DNA of 64,000 bases, taken from NCBI GenBank assembly GCA_031372065.1, contig JANMKN010000043.1, positions 1 through 64,000 of the forward strand, given 5' to 3'. The position numbers and the translations under genes are program-made. Numbering within the stretch: the stretch's first letter is position 1; the number at the start of each line of letters is the position of its first letter. Origin of the DNA: Abditibacteriaceae bacterium. Its GTDB lineage: Bacteria; Armatimonadota; Abditibacteriia; Abditibacteriales; Abditibacteriaceae. The notes beneath the pieces are model-generated. The model was not told where the DNA came from. It saw only the letters and a program-made list of their open reading frames with translations, and searched no databases. Positions 29,587 to 39,594 of the stretch are shown here, one piece after another.

Positions 29587-30945
29587 CTAAATGTCGCCGA
29601 TGTCCAGCGCGCCTTGGGCGCGCAGTTCATCTAAAGTGCCCAGCAATTCTTTGTTGCCCTGATACCACTCTTTAATGCGCGCCACGTTTTTCTTGGAGCC
29701 GGCTATTTTGTAAAAGTCGGTCATCAGCTTTTTGCGCTTTTCAAACAAGCGCGGCGGCCCTGATGGACGCAATAAGCCGCGCGCTTCGGAATTCTCCTTG
29801 AAAAACTGCTTTTTGTCCTTCTCCGACAATTCCGCGACTTGTTTTTCCACCGCGCGGCGCTTTTCAAAAATCGCATACGCCATCGGCCAGAAAAGTTGCG
29901 TGTAATCGCCGTAAACGCTGACTGTGGTGTCTTGAAAGGTGTCGCGATCTACCTTGCCCCAACTGACAGCTTCGGATGGCGGGCACGAGGAAAGTGAGCC
30001 ATCGGAAACCGGCGCGGACGTGATTTGCAAATCGTATTTATAGCCGCGCACCGTATGTTTGCCTTCGTCGAGCATGAAGTTTTGCAAGAGCGATGGCTCC
30101 GGTTGCAGCGCGAAGTTTTTTGGCACGCCGCCGCCCATAATTACAATGCCCAATTCGTTGACAGGATTGCTGAATAACCCCCAAAAATGATAAGCGCAGG
30201 CTTCCATCACGTCGCCGAGCGGATCGTAATTGAAACTAAATTTTTCGCCGTGCAATTCGTCGTTGAGGCGAAGCGGCAGCATTCCCAGCGAGTTCGAGCC
30301 ATCGCCCGGCGCGCCAATGAAAATCGGCACGGCGTGTTTGTAGCACGTCGAAACCAAACCCGATTCCACGCCGCGCACTTGTTCGAGCGCATCGAACAAT
30401 TTGCCCATGCGAAAATTGCGCTCGGTGGTCGTCATGGTGTGCCCGAATTCTGGTTGCTGAAACATCCAGCGTGTGACGCGATCTTGCTCTTCTAAAATTT
30501 CTTCTTTGAAGCCGACATCGTAAACGCGAATGATGCGGTTGTCGCGGTAAACGCCGTCGTCTCCGGCTGGGTTCACTTCGCGCACCGGACGCTCAACTTT
30601 GCGCCCGCGCGGAGTTTGGCGCAAAGCATCGTGCCCATCGTGATAAACCAGCGCATCAGTAGTGGAAATCACCGCAATGTAACCGGCTTCGACCATCGAA
30701 TTAATCCAAAAGCGCGTTTGATTGGAAAGCGAACCAATGCCCGAAATCGAAAGCACCAGCGGCACTTCTTCGGTGATGGCGCGATACAAAATGTTATAAG
30801 CCGACGACAAATTCGTCGCGCCGCAGGCGCGCGGCAAGGCCATAAACGCCTCGTGCATCGAAGCACACTCGGTCACCGGCACAGTGCTAACCGGACGCCC
30901 CAACAAACTTTCATTCGCCTTGCGGCGCTGTGATTTAGAACGCAT
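29587..30945 (-). CDS. Deoxyhypusine synthase-like protein (probable homospermidine synthase)
   Basis: VPIFIGAPGDGS, GGGVPKNF, DGSLSSCPPSEAVSWGKV with catalytic Lys. Confidence 0.85.
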   Translation of the reverse strand: MRSKSQRRKANESLLGRPVSTVPVTECASMHEAFMALPRACGATNLSSAYNILYRAITEEVPLVLSISGIGSLSNQTRFWINSMVEAGYIAVISTTDALVYHDGHDALRQTPRGRKVERPVREVNPAGDDGVYRDNRIIRVYDVGFKEEILEEQDRVTRWMFQQPEFGHTMTTTERNFRMGKLFDALEQVRGVESGLVSTCYKHAVPIFIGAPGDGSNSLGMLPLRLNDELHGEKFSFNYDPLGDVMEACAYHFWGLFSNPVNELGIVIMGGGVPKNFALQPEPSLLQNFMLDEGKHTVRGYKYDLQITSAPVSDGSLSSCPPSEAVSWGKVDRDTFQDTTVSVYGDYTQLFWPMAYAIFEKRRAVEKQVAELSEKDKKQFFKENSEARGLLRPSGPPRLFEKRKKLMTDFYKIAGSKKNVARIKEWYQGNKELLGTLDELRAQGALDIGDI

Positions 30946-31257
30946 GAAAAACCTTTCTTTTGCCAAAAACAAAATACAGCGGACGTTTCCATTTTACCGG
31001 ACGAGGAAACAGCGTGTGTAAAGCTGGCTGGAAAGATACTTGAATAGCTCAATTGGGAACAGAGATTCAAAAGCTATTCACTCGGTATTCATTTTCTGTT
31101 CAATCAACAAATAAAGTGCTTATTCTGCGCATAAACGGTCTGCTTTGCCGTGGCACGGTGCTGACTTTGCAAGCGCTTCGTAACAGCGCTAACGGCTTGG
31201 TTGAGATTTGGTTCAAAACAGGCCCGCAACGTGAATTTTATGTAGGAGAAGAGCATC

Positions 31258-31986
31258 ATGGCTCATCAAATGACTCACAGAGAAGCACCGTCAGCATCCG
31301 CTGGCAAAGCAACTTCGTCCGAACTCTCACGCCGGGCCTTTTTAGTGCGCACTTTGTGCGCGGGAGGCGTATTAGCCGCCGGAACCGTGCTAACGCCCGG
31401 TAAGGCACAAGCCGACATTCTGGATTTCCTCAACAAGTTGTATGACTTCGACCCGGTTGTGCTGAATTTTGCGCACGAGATGGAAGAATTGCAGGCCGAG
31501 TTTTTCGAGCGCGCTGCTGCCTCGTCGGTGTTTGACGCTTTGGAACCGGCGCAACGCAACGTGATTTATGGCATTGCAGCCCAAGACCGCGCGCACTTTA
31601 TGGCACTGGACGAACTCACGCGCTTAAACGCGACCCGCAACGGCGGCGCTGCGCGCACGCAGCATACAAGCACAACATGGCGTCCGCGAAAGTTCACCTT
31701 TGGCAAAGCCTTCAAGAACAAGGAAATGTTGCTGGCCTCTGCTGTTGAACTCAAAGAAGATTGCGTTTCGGCCTATCACGGCGCGGTGCATTTGATAAAA
31801 GGTAGCGGCTTGCTGACGCCCGCAGCGGCCATCGCAGGCGTGGATGGACGTCATCTGGCCGTGCTACGCGAAATCGCTGGCCTTGATCCGGTGCCGTTTT
31901 CCTTTGAAAATCAGGTTTCGGCACACAAAATTGGCAACAGACTCAGTCGCTACGGTTTTCAGGGCGGCATCACGCAGGAGGGCTAA
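31258..31986 (+). CDS. Tat-exported ferritin-like domain protein
   Basis: SRRAFL; VLNFAHEMEELQAEFF; E...VSAYHGA; IAGVDGRH. Confidence 0.8.
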   Translation: MAHQMTHREAPSASAGKATSSELSRRAFLVRTLCAGGVLAAGTVLTPGKAQADILDFLNKLYDFDPVVLNFAHEMEELQAEFFERAAASSVFDALEPAQRNVIYGIAAQDRAHFMALDELTRLNATRNGGAARTQHTSTTWRPRKFTFGKAFKNKEMLLASAVELKEDCVSAYHGAVHLIKGSGLLTPAAAIAGVDGRHLAVLREIAGLDPVPFSFENQVSAHKIGNRLSRYGFQGGITQEG

Positions 31987-31991
31987 AAACC

Positions 31992-32858
31992 ATGAATGAA
32001 CAGAATTTCCATTTAGATAAAGCGGCTGAAAACGAACCGATAGAAGCCGCTACTGAAGCGCGCAACGAACGCCGGGCCGCATTGAAACAATCGGGATTGT
32101 TGTTGGGCGCGGCGCTGCTGGGAGGCTTGGCCAAGACGCGCAGCGCACACGCCGACGACAAAGGCGCCATGATGAAACCCGGCATGATGGCGGGTGGCAT
32201 GATGATGGGCAGCATGATGAGCGAGCCAGCGCAGGCGCATTTGATGAAAATCACCAATATGACGCCGCGCGATGCGGGCATGGGCATTCCGGTCAACGGC
32301 GTGGTCAAAGCCGTTGGCACGCCCGGTGCTAAAGAGCAAAGCGACGCCGCGATTTTGAATTACGCGCTGGCGCTGGAATATCTCGAAGCCGATTTTTATA
32401 CGCGCGTCGTGCAAGCCGATAATGCGCGCCCGTATTTGCGGGGCCGTGTGAAAGATTTAGCGCGTGTTTTACAACGCGACGAAACCACTCATGTGCAAGC
32501 TGTAAGCGATGCCATCCGCGCTTTAGGTGCTACGCCGATTAGCAAACCGGAATTCGTTTTTCCCCAAAACGCTTTTATTTCGCCGATTGGCTTTTTGACT
32601 TTAGCTTCAGCGCTTGAAGAAACCGGCGTTAGCGCTTATTTGGGACAAGGCGCCTATGTTCATCGCACCGACGTGCTGAATTTTGCCGCTTCGATTTACG
32701 GCAACGAAACGCGCCATGCTGGATTAATCAAGCACCATTTGGGCGATCCTAATCCACACAACATGGAAATGCCGCTTTCGATGGTAGAAATCGGCATGAA
32801 AGTGAAGCCGTTCTTTGCCAATCCGCAAATGATTCCGGCTTCGATGATGATGTCGTAA
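31992..32858 (+). CDS. Tat-exported ferritin-like domain protein with Met-rich segment
   Basis: ERRAALK; ILNYALALEYLEADFY; DETTHV; LEETGVSAYLG; NETRHA. Confidence 0.85.
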   Translation: MNEQNFHLDKAAENEPIEAATEARNERRAALKQSGLLLGAALLGGLAKTRSAHADDKGAMMKPGMMAGGMMMGSMMSEPAQAHLMKITNMTPRDAGMGIPVNGVVKAVGTPGAKEQSDAAILNYALALEYLEADFYTRVVQADNARPYLRGRVKDLARVLQRDETTHVQAVSDAIRALGATPISKPEFVFPQNAFISPIGFLTLASALEETGVSAYLGQGAYVHRTDVLNFAASIYGNETRHAGLIKHHLGDPNPHNMEMPLSMVEIGMKVKPFFANPQMIPASMMMS

Positions 32859-32906
32859 AGCTTGGGAAGCAGAGAAGGGCCAGTTGCCCTAATTTCAGGC
32901 TTGCCT

Positions 32907-32934
32907 TTGCGCAAGAAGGTCATTTCTGTATAAT
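32907..32934 (+). promoter_or_regulatory. Sigma70-type promoter for tRNA-Gln
   Basis: TTGCGC-16 nt-TATAAT about 55 bp upstream of the tRNA. Confidence 0.55.
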
Positions 32935-32988
32935 ATCCTCCTGCAAGTGGCGAAAAGAGCGTCGTTTCTTGCAAAATAAGGTGAATAT

Positions 32989-33060
32989 TGGGGAATGGCC
33001 AAATGGTAAGGCACCTGATTCTGGATCAGGCAATTGAAGGTTCGAGTCCTTCTTCCCCAG
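32989..33060 (+). tRNA. tRNA-Gln(CTG)
   Basis: Acceptor tggggaa/ttcccca; D-arm gccaaatggtaaggc; anticodon arm cctga-ttCTGga-tcagg; T-loop ggttcgagtcc; CCA not encoded (TCA follows). Confidence 0.95.
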
Positions 33061-33065
33061 TCAGC

Positions 33066-33096
33066 AAAGGATGAAAGAGATAATCTTTCATCCTTT
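33066..33096 (+). terminator. Terminator after tRNA
   Basis: aaaggatgaaaga-gataa-tctttcatccttt. Confidence 0.7.
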
Positions 33097-33124
33097 CGTT
33101 TTCTGCGGCGGTTTCGATTTTAAC

Positions 33125-33154
33125 TTGCGCCGCTCGAAAAGGCCTTGTTATACT
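33125..33154 (+). promoter_or_regulatory. Sigma70-type promoter for rpmB
   Basis: TTGCGC-18 nt-TATACT with extended TG. Confidence 0.5.
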
Positions 33155-33215
33155 GCGGAGGCTTCAAGAGAACGACAACTCAAAACACGGATTGAAGAAG
33201 AAGGACTGAATTAAC

Positions 33216-33467
33216 ATGGCAAATCGTTGTGAAATTACCGGCAAGGGGCCGCTTTCAGGCAATAACGTGTCGCATTCGATGCGTCACACCAAGCGCCGTC
33301 AAATGCCGAATATGCAAACCAAACGCATCTGGATTCCCGAAGAAGGTCGCTTTGTGCGGATGCGCATTTCGACTACGGCTATCAAAGCCATCACGCGCAA
33401 CGGCGCCAGCGTCATGCTGGCAAAAGCCAAAAAGCGCAAACTGACGGCGCGCAAGCCCGGCAGCTAA
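33216..33467 (+). CDS. rpmB: 50S ribosomal protein L28
   Basis: MANRCEITGKGPLSGNNVSHS..HTKRRQMPN. Confidence 0.96.
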   Translation: MANRCEITGKGPLSGNNVSHSMRHTKRRQMPNMQTKRIWIPEEGRFVRMRISTTAIKAITRNGASVMLAKAKKRKLTARKPGS

Positions 33468-33470
33468 ACC

Positions 33471-33506
33471 AAACGACCTCGCAGATTCAATCTGCGAGGT
33501 CGTTTT
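33471..33506. terminator. Bidirectional terminator
   Basis: aaacgacctcgcagat-tca-atctgcgaggtcgtttt. Confidence 0.85.
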
Positions 33507-33513
33507 GTTTCTG

Positions 33514-34542
33514 TCAGCTTTCTTTCGGCCCTTTTGCCTTCTCTTTTTGAGGTTCTCTTTCAACAGCCTCAAATTCAAACGACTCAAAAAACTTCTTCAT
33601 CGCAGAAGTCGCAGCTTCTTTTTTCTCGGCTGCCACCACTACATCAAGAGTAAACATCCGTTGCTTTACGGCAATCAATTGCATTTGGTGGATAATGCCA
33701 ATGCTGTCTTTGATTTGCAGTTCGCGTCCCGGCCATTGGTTCCGCGTGATATTTTTTACGCTGAGTAAAGTAGCATTTTTGATTCCCTTGAGCATACCCG
33801 CTTGAAACTCCTGCAAGCCTTGCTCCGCTTCGGGCATGGGTTGAGGGCCGTTATAATCAACGTAAGTTATAAGATAGGCCGCGTTTTCGTCGTAAGCAAC
33901 AAAACTGAACGCAGACGGTTGGCTTAACTCTTTATTTACTATCTTTTGCTTGGGCACGCCGGGAAACAGCGCAGAAAAATGTCCTTTGTCGGAGGAAAAC
34001 TTCTTCCATTCCGTTGCAGGTGCTGGCGGCAGGGGAAATAGTTGCAGCGAGCTGAGAAATTTCTCAATGGTGGGCGTCGCTTTTTTGGTATCTTCTTCAA
34101 GGGAGCTTGCCAACACATAATAAATGCGCCGGTTTGCGACGAAGGAACGGCTACGAAATATCAGGCCGTCTTCGTTTTTCAAGCTAACAGCGCGCCCGGA
34201 ATACTCTTGTAATTTTATGTCTCTTTCGCCTAATTTTTTTCCTGCCATTTGCCGCATCCCATCGCGGAAGCCATCTAACAAAACGTTGATAGGCGCAATG
34301 GCTTCCTGCTTGGAAATTTCGCTATAACCCGCGATAAAAGTAACGACTTCATCGGTCAAAGTTAATGTGTAAGTCAGCAGCTTTTCGTCTTCGCGTTTCT
34401 CAACTTCTTTTTCTTCCAGCGGCTTGCCAAGCATTTGCACTGTAAAACCCGATTCAGCGGGCGCGACCTGACGCCACGGCGCCGCCCCGCACGAAGCAGA
34501 AAACAAAGTCAACAGCAAAAAAAGACACATCTTCCAGCGCAT
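33514..34542 (-). CDS. Hypothetical exported protein/lipoprotein with duplicated PsbP/Mog1-like domain
   Basis: SASC lipobox; two related halves (W..V....GFTVQM.GKP / WKKF....GHFSALFPG.P). Confidence 0.6.
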   Translation of the reverse strand: MRWKMCLFLLLTLFSASCGAAPWRQVAPAESGFTVQMLGKPLEEKEVEKREDEKLLTYTLTLTDEVVTFIAGYSEISKQEAIAPINVLLDGFRDGMRQMAGKKLGERDIKLQEYSGRAVSLKNEDGLIFRSRSFVANRRIYYVLASSLEEDTKKATPTIEKFLSSLQLFPLPPAPATEWKKFSSDKGHFSALFPGVPKQKIVNKELSQPSAFSFVAYDENAAYLITYVDYNGPQPMPEAEQGLQEFQAGMLKGIKNATLLSVKNITRNQWPGRELQIKDSIGIIHQMQLIAVKQRMFTLDVVVAAEKKEAATSAMKKFFESFEFEAVEREPQKEKAKGPKES

Positions 34543-34554
34543 AAGAGACACTCC

Positions 34555-35745
34555 TTAGTTTTCTGAGGCTGCTTTTTCTGACTCTGCTTTCTCCTGCGCG
34601 TTTTTCAGCGCGGCGCGATTGAATGAGCTTTTCATGGCAATTGTGGACACGCGGCGCGCCACTGTGCCAGCGATTTCGCTATAAATCTGGCCGATGGGAC
34701 TGTCGGAATCGGTAACGGTGATTGGCAAACCTTTGTCGCCGCCGCGTGTAACATCCAAATGGCGCGGCACTTGGCCAAGTAGAGGCACATTGAAGGCTTT
34801 GGCTGCGATTTCGCCGCCGCCTTCGCCAAATAAATAAACGCGCTCGCCTTGCGGCGTTTCATACCACGCCATGTTTTCGACAACGCCCAAAATCGGCACC
34901 GGCGTGCCATTGGCGGCCATTTTTTCAAACATTCGTCCGGCGCGAATGACATCTTCAAGTGCCACAGCTTCGGGCGTTGTCACGATGACCGCGCCCGAAA
35001 GCGGCGCGCTCTGGCAAAGCGTTATCTGCGTGTCGCCGGTGCCGGGCGGCATATCAATGATTAAATAATCGAGTTCGCCCCACACCACGGACGACAAAAA
35101 CGTTTGAATCATCTTGCCAACCATCGGGCCGCGCCACACGATGGGATTCGATTTTTCAGTCAGAAAGCCGATGGACATCAATTTAATGCCGTGCCGCTCC
35201 AGAGGATGAATGCGCTGGCCTTCGGGCGTGTCTTCGCCGAGTGGTTGTTCGCCATCGGCCACGCCGAGCATAATCGGAATTGAAGGGCCATAAATGTCGG
35301 CATCCAAAAGTCCGACTTTGGCGCCGGTTAATGAAAGCGCGATGGCTAAATTGACGGCGGTGGTGCTTTTGCCAACGCCGCCTTTGCCGGAAGCTACGGC
35401 AATAGCGTTTTTCACGCCGGGCAGAGTTTTCTGCGGGTCGAAAGGTTGGCGCGTTTGCGCTGTCATTTCGACGGCGACTTTTTCGATGCCGGGCAAAGCG
35501 CCGACAAACTCACGCGCCGACTGCTGCATTTGATCTTTCACCGGGCACGCCGGTGTGGTCAGTTCGATGGTAAAAGCCACATTGGGGCCGCAAACGCGCA
35601 GGTTTTTGATGAAGCCTAATTCGACGATATTGCGGCCTAAGTCGGGGTCTTTGATTTGGGAAAGCGCCTGCAAAACGTCTTGTTTGGTGGCAATCGAAAA
35701 ATCTTCGGGAGCGTCAGGTGACGCGTCGTTTTGAATGTCAGTCAT
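34555..35745 (-). CDS. mrp: Mrp/NBP35 Fe-S cluster carrier ATPase
   Basis: N-terminal DPDL..IVELG..TTPACP; SGKGGVGKST; DADIYGPS; WRGPM; DMPPGTGD. Confidence 0.92.
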   Translation of the reverse strand: MTDIQNDASPDAPEDFSIATKQDVLQALSQIKDPDLGRNIVELGFIKNLRVCGPNVAFTIELTTPACPVKDQMQQSAREFVGALPGIEKVAVEMTAQTRQPFDPQKTLPGVKNAIAVASGKGGVGKSTTAVNLAIALSLTGAKVGLLDADIYGPSIPIMLGVADGEQPLGEDTPEGQRIHPLERHGIKLMSIGFLTEKSNPIVWRGPMVGKMIQTFLSSVVWGELDYLIIDMPPGTGDTQITLCQSAPLSGAVIVTTPEAVALEDVIRAGRMFEKMAANGTPVPILGVVENMAWYETPQGERVYLFGEGGGEIAAKAFNVPLLGQVPRHLDVTRGGDKGLPITVTDSDSPIGQIYSEIAGTVARRVSTIAMKSSFNRAALKNAQEKAESEKAASEN

Positions 35746-35801
35746 GGGAATCTAAAAAAGAAAAACAGGCAGGTAAGGCCAGCGAAGCAAACTGCATTGC
35801 T

Positions 35802-37394
35802 TCAACCGCGCGATTTTTCGCGGGCGTTTTGCGCGAACTGCGCGGCATTGCCGCGAGGCACGCGCGCCCAAATGCTCATTGTTATGCGCGAGCCGCTTAT
35901 CGAAGCACGCAGGTAAATGGGATGCGGCAAAGTATTTTTAAATTTAAAATCGCGATTTGGCCATGCCACCGTCGCATCCAGACCGCTTTCGATATAAGGC
36001 ACCGGCAGCGAATGCATTTCGCGCTGCACAATTTGGAAGGCCGCTTCTACTTTTTGATTGCCCCGGCGCACCGCATTGTAAAGCGTGGTCGAAACCTGAC
36101 AGGTGCCACCCGCCAAGCCATCCACCACTTCGCTTTCCGTTTTACCCGGTTTGCGCTCGTAGATATGGGCCATGCGATAGCCCTTATCGGCAGTGCGTTC
36201 GCCCGTGGCGGCGTTGAAAGAAAAAGTCTCGCCCGGCATCAGAACTTTGCCGTTGACAGCCGCCGACGCGACATGAAGATTTTTTGTGCGCCCGATTTGA
36301 TCGCTATCGAAACGTGTCGTGAAGGTGCCGATTTTGACATCGGTGCCTTCTAAATCGGCTGTAATGAGGCGCGGTTTGACTCCCTGCACCTTGGTTTCGA
36401 TGGTGGTGCGATGCAAATTGTAACGATGCTGCAAATCCCACAAGGTCGCGCCCACATTCATCGCGCGCCCCTTGACTTCGGGCAAAATTTGGACACTGGC
36501 ATCGCTCACCTGCAATTCGGCATTGCGCGGCGAGCGTTTGTATTGACTGGCAATCTGGCGCATCCGAGTTTTTAAACGGTCTTTGTGCCAACGCACGCCC
36601 AAATCAAGATGGCGCTCTTCAAAATGCGCTTTCACGAGGCGAGGCACATTGTTCCACAGGCTGCCTGTGCGCCCGAACCAATAAGCATTATTCACAGCGC
36701 GATTGAAATCGGGCGCGCCGCCCAAATTATAGATGGGCAAATGCCATTTCTTATCGGGAGCGACCAAAGTGATGTCCAATTTGCCAAATTGCGACTTGAG
36801 AGTATCCAAAGCCTGATCGCGCGTCATTCCTCCTACCGGCTGCCCGGCAATGAAGAAGTTCGGCGCAATTTGTCCGCTGCCCTGCCACGATTGATAAACG
36901 CCAAAGGCACCGCCGCCCAGTATCAGCAACAAGGCTAATAAGCCGCCGCCAATCCATAACGGCCAGCGTTTCACGGGCGCGGGTGCAACGACGGGCACCG
37001 GTGCCACCGGCTGCCATATCGCCGGCTGTCGCATCGCCGGCGTTTGCGAAGCAATTGGCGCGGCAGTTGGTGGCATTTTCGGTGGCCCCGCTTTTCCCTG
37101 CGGCGCTTCGCTGACGGCCTTTTGAGGCGCCACTGTTTCCGGCACGCTGTTAGATGAGGAAGTTGGCGGCGCTACCATTTCAGGCGGCGTCAGATTTACT
37201 TTCGATTCCAGTTTTTGTGTTTCGGTCTTAACAACTTGATGAATAGGCCGCTTTTCGACAACGCGACGCTGTGCGCCCTGCGTTTTGGCTTTTTGCGCTT
37301 GAACTTTGCGCCGCCGCGCATTTGCCGCCGGATTAGGGGCGCTCCTTTTTGATTTTTTCGTTGCGGCTGGGGACGACAAACTCTTCTGGCTCAT
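35802..37394 (-). CDS. VanW family protein with peptidoglycan-binding region
   Basis: PGETFSFN, GGTCQVSTTLYNA, Y...GLDATV, DFKFKN. Confidence 0.88.
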   Translation of the reverse strand: MSQKSLSSPAATKKSKRSAPNPAANARRRKVQAQKAKTQGAQRRVVEKRPIHQVVKTETQKLESKVNLTPPEMVAPPTSSSNSVPETVAPQKAVSEAPQGKAGPPKMPPTAAPIASQTPAMRQPAIWQPVAPVPVVAPAPVKRWPLWIGGGLLALLLILGGGAFGVYQSWQGSGQIAPNFFIAGQPVGGMTRDQALDTLKSQFGKLDITLVAPDKKWHLPIYNLGGAPDFNRAVNNAYWFGRTGSLWNNVPRLVKAHFEERHLDLGVRWHKDRLKTRMRQIASQYKRSPRNAELQVSDASVQILPEVKGRAMNVGATLWDLQHRYNLHRTTIETKVQGVKPRLITADLEGTDVKIGTFTTRFDSDQIGRTKNLHVASAAVNGKVLMPGETFSFNAATGERTADKGYRMAHIYERKPGKTESEVVDGLAGGTCQVSTTLYNAVRRGNQKVEAAFQIVQREMHSLPVPYIESGLDATVAWPNRDFKFKNTLPHPIYLRASISGSRITMSIWARVPRGNAAQFAQNAREKSRG

Positions 37395-37608
37395 AATTCG
37401 GCGGTATTTTCAGCGATGGATTGATGTCAGGCGATTGCGATCATGGACAACGGAGGCGGGACGCAGTCTATTTTAAGCAGTTCCTTTTCGGCGTCCCTGC
37501 GATCAATTGGTGGTTTCACGCATTTTCTGTTTCAAAAGCGCAAAAATGCTTCATGCAAAGGTTACATCATGGCAGGCCATAGCGTCAAAAGCGGCTTGCT
37601 CACCACTC

Positions 37609-38259
37609 TTATTGTGTCCAAAACATAAATTGTTCTTTTCCCGCCCAAGCGATGTCGCTATCCACGCCCATATATCTACTTGTTGTCCACACCAAATTCC
37701 AAAACGAATCATTCACAGCAGGAATACGCAAGAGAATAAAAATCAAGAAAATCCCCATCATGCCCAGACTTTCCATTGTGGCGCGCGTTTGCCCGTCAAG
37801 ATGTCCTTTGATTGCATTGTAGCCATCCAGCGGCGGAATAGGAATTAAATTCAGATATACAGCGGAAATTTGCAAGACGCAGAGGAAGGCCAGAGCAGGG
37901 CGGCCTCCATCCACAGGCGGCGGCACAAAGCGTAAAATCAACGCGATAATCACCGCCAGCACCAGATTGGAGGCAGGCCCGGCCAAAGCGACCATCGTGC
38001 GCCATGTCGCATTTTTCAAATTCTGCTCGATAATATAAACCGCGCCGCCGGGCAATCCGATACCGCCCATCACCAAGAACGCGATAGGCAATAGAATCGA
38101 AAGAAACGGATCGGTATACGCCAGCGGGTTGAAATTTAGATAGCCTTTGTCCTTTACCGAGAGATCGCCGCCCTCATACGCCACACGCGCGTGCGCCCAT
38201 TCGTGTAAACACACGGAAAAAATCCAGCCAACTAAAACATAAACAAATGTGAGATTCAT
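37609..38259 (-). CDS. Site-2 protease (M50) family protein
   Basis: HEWAH, AGPASN, NLIPIPPLDG. Confidence 0.92.
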   Translation of the reverse strand: MNLTFVYVLVGWIFSVCLHEWAHARVAYEGGDLSVKDKGYLNFNPLAYTDPFLSILLPIAFLVMGGIGLPGGAVYIIEQNLKNATWRTMVALAGPASNLVLAVIIALILRFVPPPVDGGRPALAFLCVLQISAVYLNLIPIPPLDGYNAIKGHLDGQTRATMESLGMMGIFLIFILLRIPAVNDSFWNLVWTTSRYMGVDSDIAWAGKEQFMFWTQ

Positions 38260-38339
38260 GAGGAATTAAGGTTTCTGGTGTGCCGGTTGACGAATAATTA
38301 GGCCTTTTGCCTAAGTGGATTGAGCGGGCAAAACGCGGG

Positions 38340-38492
38340 AAAACGCGTTTTTTTGCTCTCCAAAAAGTCGTTTGCCGTCGTGAACGGCTTTTTTTCTTCC
38401 TCGAAAAGTCATTCACGGGCGTGAACGCAATTTTTTGCTCCCCGAAAAGTTATTCGCCGCCGTGAATGACTTTTCGGGGAGCAAAAAAACGC
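38340..38492. repeat. 41-bp-period array with inverted halves
   Basis: aaaagt at 38363, 38404, 38445; long hairpin ttttttgctccccgaaaagt...acttttcggggagcaaaaaa. Confidence 0.75.
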
Positions 38493-38598
38493 TCCGGGCG
38501 CGCCACAAGAGCAAAATTGCGTCTCATTTTGCGGTTCGGTCACTGCTGTTGAAAAATGCCCACGCTATGACCGGCAACCGGCACACAGGAAACGGGCC

Positions 38599-39411
38599 TT
38601 AGCGCCGAATCGCCAAAAGCGAATCCAGTAAGGCTGGCATTTGCTCCAACGGCACCATATTCGGGCCGTCGCTTTGCGCGCTATCGGGATTCGGATGAGT
38701 TTCGACGAACAAGGCATCCACGCCGACAGCCATCGCTGCCCGCGAAAGCGTGGGCACAAAACGGCGGTCACCGCTGGATTTATCGCCGCCGCCGCCCGGT
38801 TTTTGCACGCTATGCGTGGCGTCGAAACAAACGGGCGCAAATTGGCGCATGATTTCCAAGCCGCGAAAATCTACGACCAAATTGTTGTAACCAAACGTTG
38901 TGCCGCGTTCGGTGAGCAGGATATTTTCGCAGCCCGCCTCGCGCAATTTCGCGGCGACGTTTTTCATATCTTCCGGCGCTAAGAACTGCCCTTTTTTCAC
39001 ATTGACAGCGCCGCCATATTTGGTTGCGGCTTGCGCGGCGGCGACTAATAAATCGGTTTGGCGACATAAAAACGCGGGAATTTGCAGAATCGCGGCGACT
39101 TTCGCCACGGCTTCGCACTGATGCGGCTCGTGAATATCGGTTGTCACCGGCACGCCAAGTTCGTCGCGCATGGCGGCCAGAATTTCGAGGCCTGTTTCAA
39201 AACCCGGCCCGCGCGCCGAAAAAATGGAAGTGCGATTGGCTTTGTCAAACGACGCCTTGAAAACGTAATTCACGCCGCGCGCCGCGCAAACTTCCTTCAT
39301 AAACGTGCCGATTTCACGGCAAAGTTCGACACTTTCGATAAGACACGGCCCGGCAATCAGCAAAAGCGGCTGACCTTCGCCGACTTGATAAGGGGAAACT
39401 TGAATTGACAT
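38599..39411 (-). CDS. kdsA: 3-deoxy-8-phosphooctulonate (KDO8P) synthase
   Basis: [41 protein letters not shown]. Confidence 0.96.
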   Translation of the reverse strand: MSIQVSPYQVGEGQPLLLIAGPCLIESVELCREIGTFMKEVCAARGVNYVFKASFDKANRTSIFSARGPGFETGLEILAAMRDELGVPVTTDIHEPHQCEAVAKVAAILQIPAFLCRQTDLLVAAAQAATKYGGAVNVKKGQFLAPEDMKNVAAKLREAGCENILLTERGTTFGYNNLVVDFRGLEIMRQFAPVCFDATHSVQKPGGGGDKSSGDRRFVPTLSRAAMAVGVDALFVETHPNPDSAQSDGPNMVPLEQMPALLDSLLAIRR

Positions 39412-39469
39412 GACTGTCCCAGTGTAACCGCCGCGAAACGCTCTGCGACTTGTTGAAAAGTTTGCTTTG

Positions 39470-39575
39470 CGCCGTGGAAATGCCTTTTTGGAGAGTCAAA
39501 AAACCGATTTCCGTAGCGGAAATCGGTTTTGGGAGAGTCTGAAAATCGATTTCCGCAGAGGAAATCGATTTTGGA
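39470..39575. repeat. 42-bp-period palindromic array
   Basis: ggaaat at 39476, 39518, 39560; hairpin aaaaccgatttccg-tag-cggaaatcggtttt. Confidence 0.8.
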
Positions 39576-39594
39576 ATTCGTTTGCAAGCAGATT

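Noticed and set aside
32989..33200. tRNA as the integration site of an island
   Set aside because: No integrase and no duplicated tRNA 3' end seen; followed by rpmB
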